Shown here piece by piece: positions 40,563-51,357 of a stretch of DNA of 64,000 nucleotides; within the stretch, counting starts at the first letter, position 1, and each line of letters starts with the position of its first letter. The DNA is from an uncultured Bacteriovoracaceae bacterium (lineage in GTDB: Bacteria > Bdellovibrionota > Bacteriovoracia > Bacteriovoracales > Bacteriovoracaceae): positions 101,740-165,739 of the forward strand of contig CAXGUD010000003.1 in the NCBI GenBank assembly GCA_964012805.1, read 5' to 3'. The position numbers and the translations under genes are program-made. The notes under the pieces are model-generated. The model worked only from the letters and a program-made list of their open reading frames with translations, was not told where the DNA came from and searched no databases.

Positions 40563-41888
40563 ATGGGAGAGAAAGAGTCAGGCGAAGATTTAACTCTTAA
40601 AGGGCTTCTTCTCTTCTCACTTCCTTCTATAGCTTCTTCGGTTCTTGAGCCTCTGGCTTCCGTTGTTGATACAGCGATGGTAGGTCACATAGAGACACCA
40701 CTCGTTGGAATTCTCGCAATTGCTACAACCATTCTGAGTTCTTTTACTTGGATGTTTAATTTTCTTGTCCATGCTTCTACGAAAAATGTTTCTCATTACT
40801 ATGCTAAGAAAGAAGACAAGGCCTTAGCCGCTACAATAAGATCTGGTCTAAAAACGGCTTTTCTGATTGGTTTATTAAGTGCGTTATGTCTCTATTTACT
40901 TAGGTACCCTTTGTACGAGCTTGCTTCTATGCCGGAAGAGCTTTCAAAGGGAGTAGACAAATATTTCTCTATCCGTTTGATTGGACATCCTTTTTTGATT
41001 CTTTCTGTCACACTTCTCTCTATACTTAGAGGATTTGGTCAGGTTAATTTATCTTTTTATATTGTTTTGGGGACAACTGCTCTCAATATTCTTGTGACAG
41101 GTCTTCTCCTTTTTGTTTTTAACTGGGGTATTGAAGGAGCAAGTTACGGCACAGTTTGTTCTCAGGTTATAGGCTTTGTTTTTTCAGCATACTATGTTTT
41201 TCGTGATAAAAAGTTAAGGACTTTAGTATTTGGGGGCGGCTTAAGCTCATCCGAAGTAAAAATAGAGTTTGGTAAGGACTCTTTGGCCCTTTTTGGAAGA
41301 AGCTTTGTTCTTACTTCCGTTTTCTTTTTGAGTACTCGTTTAGCAGCTAATTTGGGTGTTAATGCTCTTGCTTGCCATCAAATTCTTCTTCAAATTTGGC
41401 TTTTTGTTTCTTTTTTTGTGGACGGGATTGCCATGACCGCCAATATACTGGGAGCAAAGTTCTACGCCAAAAAGGAAATTGCTAAGTTGAAAGAGATGTT
41501 TGCTAACCTTCTCTGGCTTGGTGGTATCATTGGAGGGCTCTTCCTCATTTTATACTTACTTCTACCATCTCTGGTCTGGTCACTTTTTACTTTTGATAAA
41601 CAGGTCATTGAACTTCTCTCAAAAATTTGGCCACTCATTGTTTGGTCTCAAGTAATTAATTGCCTCTCCTTTGTTTATGATGGACTTCTTTTTGGTTTAG
41701 GAGAGTTTAGGTTTTTACGCCGTCATATGTTTTTGGGCTCAGTTTTAACTTTTCTTCCCTTGGGTTTATGGAGTTATAGCAGCAAAAGTTTAGCGGCCAT
41801 TTGGTTAGGACTGATCTCGCTCAACGTTTATCGATACGCTTCAGGTTATTTCCGAACGAAGAGAATAGTGAATGCTGCGGAACTGTAA
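40563..41888 (+). CDS. MATE family efflux transporter (DinF-like)
   Basis: EPLASVVDTAMVGH, LRGFG, GIEGASYGT, ACHQI; about 12 TM helices. Confidence 0.9.
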   Translation: MGEKESGEDLTLKGLLLFSLPSIASSVLEPLASVVDTAMVGHIETPLVGILAIATTILSSFTWMFNFLVHASTKNVSHYYAKKEDKALAATIRSGLKTAFLIGLLSALCLYLLRYPLYELASMPEELSKGVDKYFSIRLIGHPFLILSVTLLSILRGFGQVNLSFYIVLGTTALNILVTGLLLFVFNWGIEGASYGTVCSQVIGFVFSAYYVFRDKKLRTLVFGGGLSSSEVKIEFGKDSLALFGRSFVLTSVFFLSTRLAANLGVNALACHQILLQIWLFVSFFVDGIAMTANILGAKFYAKKEIAKLKEMFANLLWLGGIIGGLFLILYLLLPSLVWSLFTFDKQVIELLSKIWPLIVWSQVINCLSFVYDGLLFGLGEFRFLRRHMFLGSVLTFLPLGLWSYSSKSLAAIWLGLISLNVYRYASGYFRTKRIVNAAEL

Positions 41889-42023
41889 AGAAGATTAGGC
41901 GAGTTCTTTATTGCCGTATTTTTCAAAAAGTGATAAGGGTTTTTCTCGGCTTTGTTTTTTAGTGGCTTTTAAAGAATTTAAAATAAGTTTAACCTGAACC
42001 GATTACGGAGAGATTTGGTCTTT

Positions 42024-42497
42024 ATGGAAACCTGCCCTTGTCAGTCTGGCTTGTATTACGAAGAATGCTGCGGTTCTATACATAAAGATTTTAAGAAAGC
42101 TACAGGCCCTGAAAGTTTAATGAGGGCCCGTTATTCTGCCTATGTTAAAAATGATATTAACTTCATAATAAAAACCCATCATCCCGAAAAAGTTGACGGT
42201 TTTGATCAAACCGAAGCCGAGGATTGGGCTAGTGAGTCAGAGTGGCTAGGCTTAAGAATTTTAGAGTCATCTGAGCAAAAAAATGAAGGTGAAGTTCTCT
42301 TTGAGTGTACTTATGAATTGGATGATAAGACCCACCTTCATAGAGAAAGAAGTACCTTTAAGAAATGGAAAGGGGATTGGTATTTTTTTGATGGTAGGCT
42401 CGAATCTACTTCTAAGAAAAGAGGCGGCCCTAAGATTGGAAGAAACGACCCATGCCCATGTGGGAGTGGAAAAAAGTTTAAAAAGTGTTGCCATTAG
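42024..42497 (+). CDS. ychJ: YchJ family protein with SEC-C motifs
   Basis: CPCQSG...[36 protein letters not shown]. Confidence 0.9.
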   Translation: METCPCQSGLYYEECCGSIHKDFKKATGPESLMRARYSAYVKNDINFIIKTHHPEKVDGFDQTEAEDWASESEWLGLRILESSEQKNEGEVLFECTYELDDKTHLHRERSTFKKWKGDWYFFDGRLESTSKKRGGPKIGRNDPCPCGSGKKFKKCCH

Positions 42498-42565
42498 GAA
42501 ACAATTTTTAGACGGCTTTATTTATAGGGCAGAAAAATTTAGAGCATAGAGAAAAAATATTAAAA

Positions 42566-42590
42566 CTAGACTAGACTAGAATAGAATAGA
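42566..42590. repeat. Pentamer tandem repeat (CTAGA)3(ATAGA)2
   Basis: Read directly from the sequence, about 40 nt upstream of nqrA. Confidence 0.8.
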
Positions 42591-42629
42591 AAAAAATAAT
42601 AAAAAATTTCAACAGGGTTTGAAAGTATT

Positions 42630-43973
42630 ATGACAAAAATTAGAAAAGGGTTAACCCTTCCTATTAAGGGGCAGCCTAAACCTGAGGTAGATAGAAATAA
42701 AAGCATAAAGTCTGTTGCCATTCTGGGTTCTGATTACCAAGGCATGAAGCCAACTATGTTGGTCAAAGAGGGTGATGAGGTTAAGGTAGGACAAACTTTG
42801 TTCGAATGTAAAAGGCAAGTTGGAGTCAAGTATACTGCTCCCGCAGCTGGAAAGGTTGTGTCCATTAACCGTGGTCCTAAGAGGGTATTTGAATCTTTGG
42901 TAATCCAAGTCGCTTCAAGTGAGGAGCAAGTTGAGTTTACCCATTATAAAAAAAGTGACCTGGATAAGATAGATTTTGAAAAGGTGAAAAACCTTCTGCA
43001 AGAGTCTGGCTTGTGGACTGCAATAAGAATGAGACCTTTTTCAAAAAATCCAGCTCCAGAATCAAGGCCGAAGGCTTTTTTTATAACGGCCATGGATACG
43101 AATCCTCTTTCTGGAAATCCAGCTTCTGTAATCAATAACTACAAAGAGGACTTTAAAAATGGTGTTAAAGTTCTCTCTAAGTTAACTGAAGGAAAAACTT
43201 ATGTTTGCCATGCCAAGGGCGAAAGTCTTCCGGCTGATTCTTCCGGTAATGTAGTCCTTCACGGCTTTGAAGGACCCCATCCAGCTGGAAATGTTGGAAC
43301 CCATATTCACTTTCTTGACCCGGCTCATACAGACAAACCAGTCTGGTATATTGGTTATCAGGACGTTATTGCTGTAGGAAAACTTTTCTCCACAGGAAAG
43401 CTTTGGACTGAAAGGGTTGTAGCACTTGGTGGACCCCAAGCAAGAAACCCAAGACATTTAGTTGCAAGAATTGGAGCAAGTTTAGACGACCTTTTAAAGA
43501 ATGAGCTTGAAGGAAAAGATATTAGAGTTATTTCAGGTTCTGTTTTTAATGGGCACCACGCTAAGAATACTTTTAATTACTTAGGAAGGTACCACAACCA
43601 AATAAGTCTTCTAAAAGAGGGTAAAGAACGAGAGCTTCTAGGGTGGGGCGGACCTGGCTTGGAAAAGTTTTCAGTTAAACCTTCTTTTCTTTCAAAATTG
43701 TTACCTGCAAAATTGTTTGATATTACAACTTCAACCCATGGAAGTCCTAGAGCGATGGTCCCAACGGGTAACTATGAAGACGTTATGCCAATGGATATAT
43801 TGGCGACTCAGCTCTTGAGGTCTCTCATAACGAAGCAAACTGACCTTGCTCAGAAATTGGGTTGTATGGAGCTTGATGAAGAAGACTTGGCCCTTTGTAC
43901 CTTTGTCGACCATGGCAAAGTCGATTATGGAACAATATTAAGAGACAATTTAACTATTATTGAGAAGGAATGA
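42630..43973 (+). CDS. nqrA: Na+-NQR subunit A
   Basis: [46 protein letters not shown]. Confidence 0.96.
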   Translation: MTKIRKGLTLPIKGQPKPEVDRNKSIKSVAILGSDYQGMKPTMLVKEGDEVKVGQTLFECKRQVGVKYTAPAAGKVVSINRGPKRVFESLVIQVASSEEQVEFTHYKKSDLDKIDFEKVKNLLQESGLWTAIRMRPFSKNPAPESRPKAFFITAMDTNPLSGNPASVINNYKEDFKNGVKVLSKLTEGKTYVCHAKGESLPADSSGNVVLHGFEGPHPAGNVGTHIHFLDPAHTDKPVWYIGYQDVIAVGKLFSTGKLWTERVVALGGPQARNPRHLVARIGASLDDLLKNELEGKDIRVISGSVFNGHHAKNTFNYLGRYHNQISLLKEGKERELLGWGGPGLEKFSVKPSFLSKLLPAKLFDITTSTHGSPRAMVPTGNYEDVMPMDILATQLLRSLITKQTDLAQKLGCMELDEEDLALCTFVDHGKVDYGTILRDNLTIIEKE

Positions 43974-43975
43974 TA

Positions 43976-45181
43976 ATGAAAGCACTTAGAGATTTCCTTG
44001 ATCAGATTCATCCAACTTTTTCTAAGGGCGGTAAATTAGAAAAGCTTTACCCTCTCTATGAAGCCTTGGATACCTTTGCTTATACTCCTGGAGAGGTTAC
44101 CGAAGGGAAAACCCATGTAAGAGATGGGATGGACCTAAAGCGGTTGATGGTGACAGTTGTGATAGCTCTTATACCCGTGACTTTGATGGCCATGTGGAAC
44201 ACTGGTTATCAGGCAAACCTCGTCTTAGCTTCAAAGGGACTTACTACAGTTGAAGATTGGAGAGGAGCCGCAATGGCAGCAATGGGGTTAGCTTTTGATC
44301 CCAACAGCTTTTTGAGCAACTTTGTTTATGGAGCTTTGTTTTTTCTACCAGTCTACATAGTGACGATGACTGCGGGAGGAATAGTTGAAGGCATCTTTGC
44401 TACGGTAAGAAAACACGAGATCAACGAAGGGTTTTTAGTTAGTGGGCTCCTTTATCCACTAACTCTTCCTGCAACCATTCCCTTGTGGCAAGTGGCCCTG
44501 GGAATTATTTTCGGTGTTATTTTCGCGAAAGAAGTGTTTGGAGGAACCGGAAAAAACTTCTTAAACGTTGCTCTGTGTTCAAGAGCTTTTCTTTATTTTG
44601 CCTACCCCGCTGAGATTTCAGGTGATGCTGTTTGGGTAGCGGTTGATGGTTATACCGCCGCAACTTCTTTAGGTTTAGCCGCTGCCGAAGGAGTAAGCGC
44701 CATTCCCTTTACTTTAAATCAGGCATTCATGGGAAATATTACAGGCTCAATGGGGGAGACTTCTGTTTTAGCTTCTCTGATAGGAGCCGTTATTTTGATC
44801 GTGACCAAAACTGGTTCTTGGCGGATTATGTTAGGTGTGGTGGTCTCAGCAGTCCTAACGGCACTTCTTTTTAATCAGATAGGCTCGACGACAAACCCTA
44901 TGTTTGGAGTGGGTCCTCTCTGGCATCTCTGTTTGGGTGGTTTTGCTTTCGGTACAGTTTTTATGGCAACAGACCCAGTGAGTGCCTCTATGACGTCTAC
45001 TGGTAAATATTTTTATGGAGCGCTTATCGGCGTGATGACAATACTAGTAAGAGTTGTGAACCCTGCGTACCCTGAAGGGATTATGCTAGCGATTCTTTTT
45101 GCCAATTTGTTTGCACCTCTCATCGATTACTTCGTTGTTGAGGCCAATATCAAAAGGAGGGCCCTAAGACATGAACATTAA
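43976..45181 (+). CDS. nqrB: Na+-NQR subunit B
   Basis: [50 protein letters not shown]. Start is 43970 or 43976. Confidence 0.96.
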   Translation: MKALRDFLDQIHPTFSKGGKLEKLYPLYEALDTFAYTPGEVTEGKTHVRDGMDLKRLMVTVVIALIPVTLMAMWNTGYQANLVLASKGLTTVEDWRGAAMAAMGLAFDPNSFLSNFVYGALFFLPVYIVTMTAGGIVEGIFATVRKHEINEGFLVSGLLYPLTLPATIPLWQVALGIIFGVIFAKEVFGGTGKNFLNVALCSRAFLYFAYPAEISGDAVWVAVDGYTAATSLGLAAAEGVSAIPFTLNQAFMGNITGSMGETSVLASLIGAVILIVTKTGSWRIMLGVVVSAVLTALLFNQIGSTTNPMFGVGPLWHLCLGGFAFGTVFMATDPVSASMTSTGKYFYGALIGVMTILVRVVNPAYPEGIMLAILFANLFAPLIDYFVVEANIKRRALRHEH

Positions 45182-45950
45182 TTCTTGGAAGGGGACAGTT
45201 GCTGTTGCAGCAATTCTATGTGGTGTTTGCTCAGTGGTCGTTTCACTCTCGGCCATTAGCTTAAGACCCATGCAGGAAGAAAATAAAATTCTTGATGTTA
45301 AGAAAAACCTTCTTCTCTCAGCTGGGCTTTTAAAGAACGCAAAAGCATCTAAAGAAGAAATTTTAAAGATTTTTGAAAATATTGAAACAAAGTTAGTTGA
45401 CCTAAAAACTGGGCAATTTGTAACTGATATTAAACCAGAGTCCTATGACTCTCGGGCCGCCGCTAAAGACCCCAAAAGGAATATTCAAATTCCGTCTAAT
45501 TTGGATCTAGGCAAAAATAAGATGAGAGCAAAATACGGCAAAGTTTATTTTGTGAAAAAGGATGGAAAGGTTACATCCCTTGTTCTGCCAGTTCATGGAA
45601 AAGGTCTCTGGTCGACTCTTTACGGCTTTTTGGCTTTGGACAAAGATACGAGAACAGTGAAAGGCTTTGGGTTTTATGAGCATGCTGAAACTCCAGGTTT
45701 AGGGGGAGAAGTTGATAACCCAAATTGGAAAGCGCAATGGATAGGAAAGATTGTCTCTGATAAAAATTTTAAGCCTTTTGTTCAAGTTAAGAAAAATGTT
45801 GATCCGAAGAGTGAAGAAGGAAAGAGAACAGTTGATGGAATTTCCGGTTCTACTATTACGGGCCGAGGTGTACAAAACCTTCTTAACTACTGGCTTGGTA
45901 ACCACGGTTACGGGCCATTTTTGGCTCAGTTTAGAAAGGGAGGAGCTTAA
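45171..45950 (+). CDS. nqrC: Na+-NQR subunit C
   Basis: [27 protein letters not shown] site [10 protein letters not shown]. Confidence 0.96.
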   Translation: MNINSWKGTVAVAAILCGVCSVVVSLSAISLRPMQEENKILDVKKNLLLSAGLLKNAKASKEEILKIFENIETKLVDLKTGQFVTDIKPESYDSRAAAKDPKRNIQIPSNLDLGKNKMRAKYGKVYFVKKDGKVTSLVLPVHGKGLWSTLYGFLALDKDTRTVKGFGFYEHAETPGLGGEVDNPNWKAQWIGKIVSDKNFKPFVQVKKNVDPKSEEGKRTVDGISGSTITGRGVQNLLNYWLGNHGYGPFLAQFRKGGA

Positions 45951-45952
45951 AA

Positions 45953-46573
45953 ATGAGCAGTATAAAAGAAACCCTTTTTGATCCTGTATTTAAAAATAAT
46001 CCCATTGCCCTTCAAATTCTGGGTATCTGTTCTGCCTTAGCAGTTACGACCAAAATGGAAGCCGTAATTGTTATGTCTTTGGCGGTTATCTTTGTTATGG
46101 GCTTCTCCAGCTTGATTGTCAGCTTGATTAGAAATTATGTCCCTTCAAGTATTAGGATCATTGTTCAAATGACTGTTATTGCTTCGATGGTTATTTTAGC
46201 GGATCAAATCTTGAAAGCTTTTGTCTACGATATTTCTAAGGGTATTTCAGTATACGTGGGTTTGATTATAACCAACTGTATTGTTATGGGTCGTGCTGAG
46301 GGTTATGCTATGAAGAATGGCCCGTTTATGAGTGTTCTTGATGGCATTGGAAATGGCTTCGGTTACAGCCTTGTTTTAATCTTTGTTGGAGTCCTAAGAG
46401 AGGTCTTTGGGAGCGGCAAGTTTTTTGGTTACTCTGTTTTACCTCTTACGAGTGAAGGTGGATGGTATCAGGGTAACGGCTTAATGCTACTTGCTCCAAG
46501 TGCTTTTTTCTTAATAGGAGTTTTCATCTGGATTTTAAGAACTTTTAAACCAGATCAAGTTGAAAAGGATTAA
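45953..46573 (+). CDS. nqrD: Na+-NQR subunit D
   Basis: [31 protein letters not shown]. Confidence 0.96.
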   Translation: MSSIKETLFDPVFKNNPIALQILGICSALAVTTKMEAVIVMSLAVIFVMGFSSLIVSLIRNYVPSSIRIIVQMTVIASMVILADQILKAFVYDISKGISVYVGLIITNCIVMGRAEGYAMKNGPFMSVLDGIGNGFGYSLVLIFVGVLREVFGSGKFFGYSVLPLTSEGGWYQGNGLMLLAPSAFFLIGVFIWILRTFKPDQVEKD

Positions 46574-46576
46574 TCT

Positions 46577-47197
46577 ATGTTGGAACAATATATTAGCATA
46601 TTTATAAAAGCCGTCTTTGTTGAAAACATGGCCCTCGGATTTTTCCTAGGGATGTGTACATTTTTGGCCGTTTCAAAACAGGTGAAAACCTCTATTGGTT
46701 TGGGGATTGCAGTTATTGTTGTTCAAACAATTACAGTTCCGGCCAATAACCTTATTTACGTTTACCTTTTGAAGCCTGGGGCTTTAGCGTGGACCGGTAA
46801 CCCGGACCTTGCCTCAATGGACCTCAGCTTTTTGGGGTTGATTAGTTATATTGGCGTTATTGCAGCAATGGTTCAAATTCTAGAAATGACATTGGATAAG
46901 TTTTTTCCTGCCCTCTACGGAGCTCTAGGAATCTTTCTTCCTCTTATCACCGTAAACTGTGCCATTTTAGGTGGCTCTCTTTTTATGGTTGAAAGGGATT
47001 ACAACTTTTCTGAAAGTGTTGTTTTTGGTTTAGGAACAGGAGTTGGATGGGCACTTGCTATTATGGCCCTTGCAGGAATTAGAGAAAAGTTAACTTATAG
47101 TGATATTCCGGAAGGCTTAAGAGGCCTTGGGATTACATTTATAACAGTAGGGTTAATGTCCCTTGGGTTTTTAGCTTTTTCTGGGATTCAACTATAA
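46577..47197 (+). CDS. nqrE: Na+-NQR subunit E
   Basis: [32 protein letters not shown]. Confidence 0.96.
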   Translation: MLEQYISIFIKAVFVENMALGFFLGMCTFLAVSKQVKTSIGLGIAVIVVQTITVPANNLIYVYLLKPGALAWTGNPDLASMDLSFLGLISYIGVIAAMVQILEMTLDKFFPALYGALGIFLPLITVNCAILGGSLFMVERDYNFSESVVFGLGTGVGWALAIMALAGIREKLTYSDIPEGLRGLGITFITVGLMSLGFLAFSGIQL

Positions 47198-47250
47198 AAA
47201 AGAGAAGTTTAAGTTTAATGATTTAATGAAATCATAAAAGAGAGCTTGTT

Positions 47251-48474
47251 ATGGAAATTCTCATTGCATCATCTGTTTTTGTGGCCATAGTTTTAGCTTT
47301 GGTCGCAATTATTTTATTTGCTAAATCTAAGCTTGTTAACTCCGGCGATGTTGTCATCAACATCAATGGTCAAAAGGATGTCACGGTTTCAGCCGGTGGA
47401 AAACTTTTAAATGTTCTTGCCGATGAGAAGCTCTATGTTTCCTCAGCCTGTGGAGGTGGTGGAACCTGCGGGCAGTGTAAAGTAGACGTTCTTGATGGCG
47501 GTGGAGAAATCTTGACGACAGAACTATCCCATATGACTAAGAAAGAAGTTAAGGAAGGATGCCGTCTTTCGTGCCAAGTTGCTGTTAAGTCAAACATGAA
47601 GGTCAATGTGCCAGAAGAGGTTTTTGGAGTTAAGAAGTGGAAGTGTAAAGTGCGTTCAAATGACAACGTGGCCACTTTTATTAAGAACCTCATCCTAGAA
47701 ATTCCTGACGGAGAGTCTGTACCTTTTAGAGCAGGTGGATATATTCAAATAGAGCGTCCTCCTGGAATTACAGTAGATTATAAAAACTTCGATATTCCTG
47801 AGCTTTATAGAGGAACCTGGGACCATTTTAAAATTTGGGATAACGTTTCTCATACTGATGAAACGGTTATAAGGGCCTATTCAATGGCCAATTACCCTGA
47901 AGAACATGGAATTATAATGCTAAATGTAAGGGTAGCAAGTCCACCCCCGGGTGCTCCTAAACATATTCCTCCAGGGAAAATGTCTTCTTGGATCTTTGGA
48001 CTTAAACCAGGCGATGATGTCACTATTTCGGGACCTTTCGGTGAGTTTTATGCCAGAGAAACAAAGAAAGAAATGGTTTTTGTTGGTGGAGGGGCCGGTA
48101 TGGCGCCCATGAGGTCTCATATTTTTGATCAACTTAGAAGAATTAAAACTGATAGAAAAATGACTTTTTGGTATGGTGCAAGATCAAAGGCCGAAATGTT
48201 TTTTGTTGAGGACTTTGATGAACTTCAAGCTGAGAATGAAAACTTTGAGTGGCACTGTGCCCTTTCAGATGCTCTTCCAGAAGACGACTGGAAAGGTTAC
48301 ACAGGCTTCATTCATAATGTCTTGCATGATGAATACTTAAAGGATCACCCCGCTCCTGAAGATTGTGAGTACTACCTTTGTGGGCCTCCCATTATGAATA
48401 AGTGTGTCATTGACATGCTCCTTGACTTAGGAGTTGAGCGAGACGATATTATGCTCGACGACTTTGGGGGCTAG
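47251..48474 (+). CDS. nqrF: Na+-NQR subunit F
   Basis: 2Fe-2S motif [41 protein letters not shown]. Confidence 0.97.
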   Translation: MEILIASSVFVAIVLALVAIILFAKSKLVNSGDVVININGQKDVTVSAGGKLLNVLADEKLYVSSACGGGGTCGQCKVDVLDGGGEILTTELSHMTKKEVKEGCRLSCQVAVKSNMKVNVPEEVFGVKKWKCKVRSNDNVATFIKNLILEIPDGESVPFRAGGYIQIERPPGITVDYKNFDIPELYRGTWDHFKIWDNVSHTDETVIRAYSMANYPEEHGIIMLNVRVASPPPGAPKHIPPGKMSSWIFGLKPGDDVTISGPFGEFYARETKKEMVFVGGGAGMAPMRSHIFDQLRRIKTDRKMTFWYGARSKAEMFFVEDFDELQAENENFEWHCALSDALPEDDWKGYTGFIHNVLHDEYLKDHPAPEDCEYYLCGPPIMNKCVIDMLLDLGVERDDIMLDDFGG

Positions 48475-48485
48475 GTTATCTAGAA

Positions 48486-49589
48486 ATGAATCATCTAAAC
48501 AGAGTAATACTAGAAAGCCTAAGGAAATCCTTAGGCTTTTTTTTTATACGTATTTTAATCCTTTCTTTAGTGCTCTCTTTTTTAGGGTGTAAAAAAGAGG
48601 CGCAAAAGCCTCTAGGCCTTTTTGGTAAAACAATGGGCACAACCTACACAATTAGGTATTTTCCCGAAGATTTAAAGGGAGGAAAAGGGCCACAGGAAGT
48701 CAAAGTTCTCATTGATGATCTTTTGAAAAAGATTAACGAAGAGATGTCTACCTATATACCGAACTCCGAGCTATCTCTTATTAACTCCTCCAACAAATTT
48801 GAAACCTGGCACAACCTTTCTCCACGTTTATTTAAAGTCCTAAAAGAGGCAAAAGGTATTTACCAAATGACTGATGGTGCTTTTGATGTGACCGTTGGTC
48901 CCCTTGTCAACCTATGGGGGTTTGGCCCTAAGGGAGAAAGAAAAGTCCCTTCCAAGCAAGCCTTAAAAAAGGTTCGGAAAAGTGTTGGTTACCACCATGT
49001 GCAAATGAAGGATTCTGAAAAAACTCTGAAGAGTAAGGAAGGAGTTTATATAGACCTTTCAGCGATAGCCAAAGGTTTTGCCGTTGATGAAGTGAGTTCT
49101 CTTCTTACTAGGTTAGGTTTCAAAGATCATATGGTTGAAATTGGAGGGGAAATAAAGACGAGTGGAAATAAAAGAGGACAGCTCTGGCGCCTTGCTATAA
49201 GCAACCCCTCAGCCATTGGCCAGTCCATTCATAAGGTTATTGGGGTTAAGTCTCTTTCAATGGCGACCTCTGGGAATTATAGGAACTATTTTACTTCCAA
49301 AGGAAAGTTTTTTTCCCATACTATAGACCCAAAAACAGGTTATCCAGTTAAACACCGTTTGGTTTCAGTCACGGTCTTTGATAGCTTTTCTTGTATGAAA
49401 GCAGATGCCTTAGCAACTGCACTTATGGTGATGGGCCATAAAAAAGGGGTCCAATTTGCTGAAAAACATGGTCTTTTGGCCTATTTTATTGCTGCTCCTG
49501 AGAATGAGACTGATAATGGGAAGAGAGGAGCTCTTGTTAAGAAGGCTTCCACCCAATTAAAATTATTGCTAAGTGATTACTTTAACTAA
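48486..49589 (+). CDS. apbE: FAD:protein FMN transferase lipoprotein
   Basis: FLGC lipobox, TMGTTY, FDVTVGPLVNLWGFG, DLSAIAKG, ATSGNYR, HTIDP, ADALATA. Confidence 0.94.
   Translation: MNHLNRVILESLRKSLGFFFIRILILSLVLSFLGCKKEAQKPLGLFGKTMGTTYTIRYFPEDLKGGKGPQEVKVLIDDLLKKINEEMSTYIPNSELSLINSSNKFETWHNLSPRLFKVLKEAKGIYQMTDGAFDVTVGPLVNLWGFGPKGERKVPSKQALKKVRKSVGYHHVQMKDSEKTLKSKEGVYIDLSAIAKGFAVDEVSSLLTRLGFKDHMVEIGGEIKTSGNKRGQLWRLAISNPSAIGQSIHKVIGVKSLSMATSGNYRNYFTSKGKFFSHTIDPKTGYPVKHRLVSVTVFDSFSCMKADALATALMVMGHKKGVQFAEKHGLLAYFIAAPENETDNGKRGALVKKASTQLKLLLSDYFN
48514..48545 (+). terminator. Intrinsic terminator after nqrF, inside the apbE 5' codons
   Basis: AAAGCCTAAGG-aaat-CCTTAGGC followed by T9. Confidence 0.8.
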
Positions 49590-49652
49590 TTGCTTTAAAA
49601 GAGATACAATGAGTGTTTTTTAAAGCTTTATCTTGTGGGGTATAATATCGAT

Positions 49653-49868
49653 ATGAAGCTTTTCTTGATTACTTTAGGAGTGATGTTATTGACCATCGTT
49701 GGAATGGCAGTAGGGGTTATATTTAGCAATAAAAAGCTAAAGGGAAGTTGTGGAGGGCTTAATAATGTTTTGGGTGAAGACTGTATGTTCTGTGAAAAGA
49801 AAGATCAGTGCAGTGATGAAAAAAAAGCAAAATGTGAAGGCCCGACACCAGACCTCTTAAAGTTTTAA
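49653..49868 (+). CDS. nqrM: Na+-NQR maturation factor NqrM
   Basis: GMAVGVIF...LKGSCGGL with further Cys; follows apbE. ATG 49653 (track start 49635). Confidence 0.88.
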   Translation: MKLFLITLGVMLLTIVGMAVGVIFSNKKLKGSCGGLNNVLGEDCMFCEKKDQCSDEKKAKCEGPTPDLLKF

Positions 49869-49879
49869 TGCCTCTTGCT

Positions 49880-50374
49880 TTAAGACGCCTTCTTATGTAA
49901 TTCATTTTTCAATTCTTGTACCTCATGAGAGAGGTTATTAATAATTCCATTGGCGGACTTGAGCCTTTGAGTCACCATTCTGGTCACATTTAAAACCATA
50001 AGGGCAAAAACTTTTGGATTATCTTTGTAAAATGAGTAAAAGTTTTCATAACTTATAATGAGGATATTAGTTTCTTCTTTGGCTACAATATCAGCGGTCC
50101 TTTTCGTTTCATTTATTAAGACAAGTTCTCCAAATAGGTCCCCTTTTACAAGTTGGGTTATAACTTTCATTTTTCCAAATTGGTCTTTAATAATGACGTC
50201 AGCACAGCCATCTAAAATGATAGCTATATCAGAGCTTTCCTCACCCTGATGAATAATATGCTCACCTCTTTTAAAGGTAGCGACTTCACAGGCCTGAATA
50301 ACTTCTTCCACCTCTTCATCATAGATCTCTAAAAAGAGGGGGCAACCTTTTACTAGATTGGCAAGAAAGCTCAT
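49880..50374 (-). CDS. Stand-alone cyclic-nucleotide-binding protein
   Basis: GEHIIHQGE; phosphate-binding cassette GDLFGELVLINETKRTADIVA; C-terminal helix; no HTH. Confidence 0.9.
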   Translation of the reverse strand: MSFLANLVKGCPLFLEIYDEEVEEVIQACEVATFKRGEHIIHQGEESSDIAIILDGCADVIIKDQFGKMKVITQLVKGDLFGELVLINETKRTADIVAKEETNILIISYENFYSFYKDNPKVFALMVLNVTRMVTQRLKSANGIINNLSHEVQELKNELHKKAS

Positions 50375-50412
50375 ATCAAAACCCCTATTTTTTATTTAAC
50401 TATTTATCAATT

Positions 50413-51354
50413 TCAAGATGCTTTATTTTGGTCTTCTATGTAACTATTGATTCTTTTAACTTCATTTAAAAGGCCTGGTAAGGACTCCTGTAAAGAAGCT
50501 TCAATAGACTTAGAGCCGTGGATAGCATTCCAAATTTCTTCAAAGCTTGTCGATAGTTTCTTGAACGTTTTTTCTCTCAGGCCTCCCACAGGGGCCATTG
50601 TGTTTAAAACTGTCGTAATAAGTGAAAAAAGAATACCTGCGATGGAGGTTTTCATCGCAAAAGCAATATTAAGAACGAATTCTTGAAGGATAGTTCCAGA
50701 AGCTTCAATATTTGAAAAGTCAATGGCAGCAATTTTAGGGAGTGCCATGCTGATCCCAATAAACGTTCCAAAAATTCCAAATACAACGAAAAGTCCGGGG
50801 AGGATATCATTAAGCCTTGAAATAGGTGCTACTGGGAAAAAATTAAGAAGTTTATTCCAATTAGGGTCTTTTTCAAGAATTCTATCTGTTAAGTCATCAA
50901 AGTTTGGTGGATACTTTGATTTGAAAATACTTGATTCACCTTTGATTGAATGAAAAAGACTTTTTTCACCATGAACAAAGTCTCTAAGAGAGACGGTCTT
51001 TCTATGGCGAGCTATAGATTTTGCTGCTGACTTGTTTATCTTGTCTTTATCTCTCTCTTCTTTTTTTCTGCTAAAATTCCCGTAACGAACACTTCTTGTA
51101 GGGAGTTTGTCAGAGACTTGTTTTAAGATAGTGTCAAGAAATTGATCGACATCCTCCACTTCCTCTTTATCGTTAGTCGAAGCTGAAAGAGCTTTTTCAA
51201 CTTCGCTAATAAAAGAAGAAAAATAAGCATCTTCTCTCTTACTTAATTTATAAGAAGCGGCCCTAAAAATGAGACCTAGAACAAGAAGAACTCCCATCAC
51301 CTCAATGAGGTAACTGGAGAAAAAATTTAGGGCAATGCCAACTAAGTCATTCAT
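50413..51354 (-). CDS. MotA/TolQ/ExbB (ZorA-like) ion-channel subunit
   Basis: N-terminal TM, then LPGLFVVFGIFGTFIGISMAL and AFAMKTSIAGILFSL; short C-terminal tail. Confidence 0.75.
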   Translation of the reverse strand: MNDLVGIALNFFSSYLIEVMGVLLVLGLIFRAASYKLSKREDAYFSSFISEVEKALSASTNDKEEVEDVDQFLDTILKQVSDKLPTRSVRYGNFSRKKEERDKDKINKSAAKSIARHRKTVSLRDFVHGEKSLFHSIKGESSIFKSKYPPNFDDLTDRILEKDPNWNKLLNFFPVAPISRLNDILPGLFVVFGIFGTFIGISMALPKIAAIDFSNIEASGTILQEFVLNIAFAMKTSIAGILFSLITTVLNTMAPVGGLREKTFKKLSTSFEEIWNAIHGSKSIEASLQESLPGLLNEVKRINSYIEDQNKAS

Positions 51355-51357
51355 TAT

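Noticed and set aside
43962..43976. TGA recoded as Gly, since NqrA usually ends EKEG and here reads GAA TGA TAA
   Set aside because: All long ORFs are intact under code 11 and TGA is used as a normal stop elsewhere; a point change or overlap with the nqrB start explains it.
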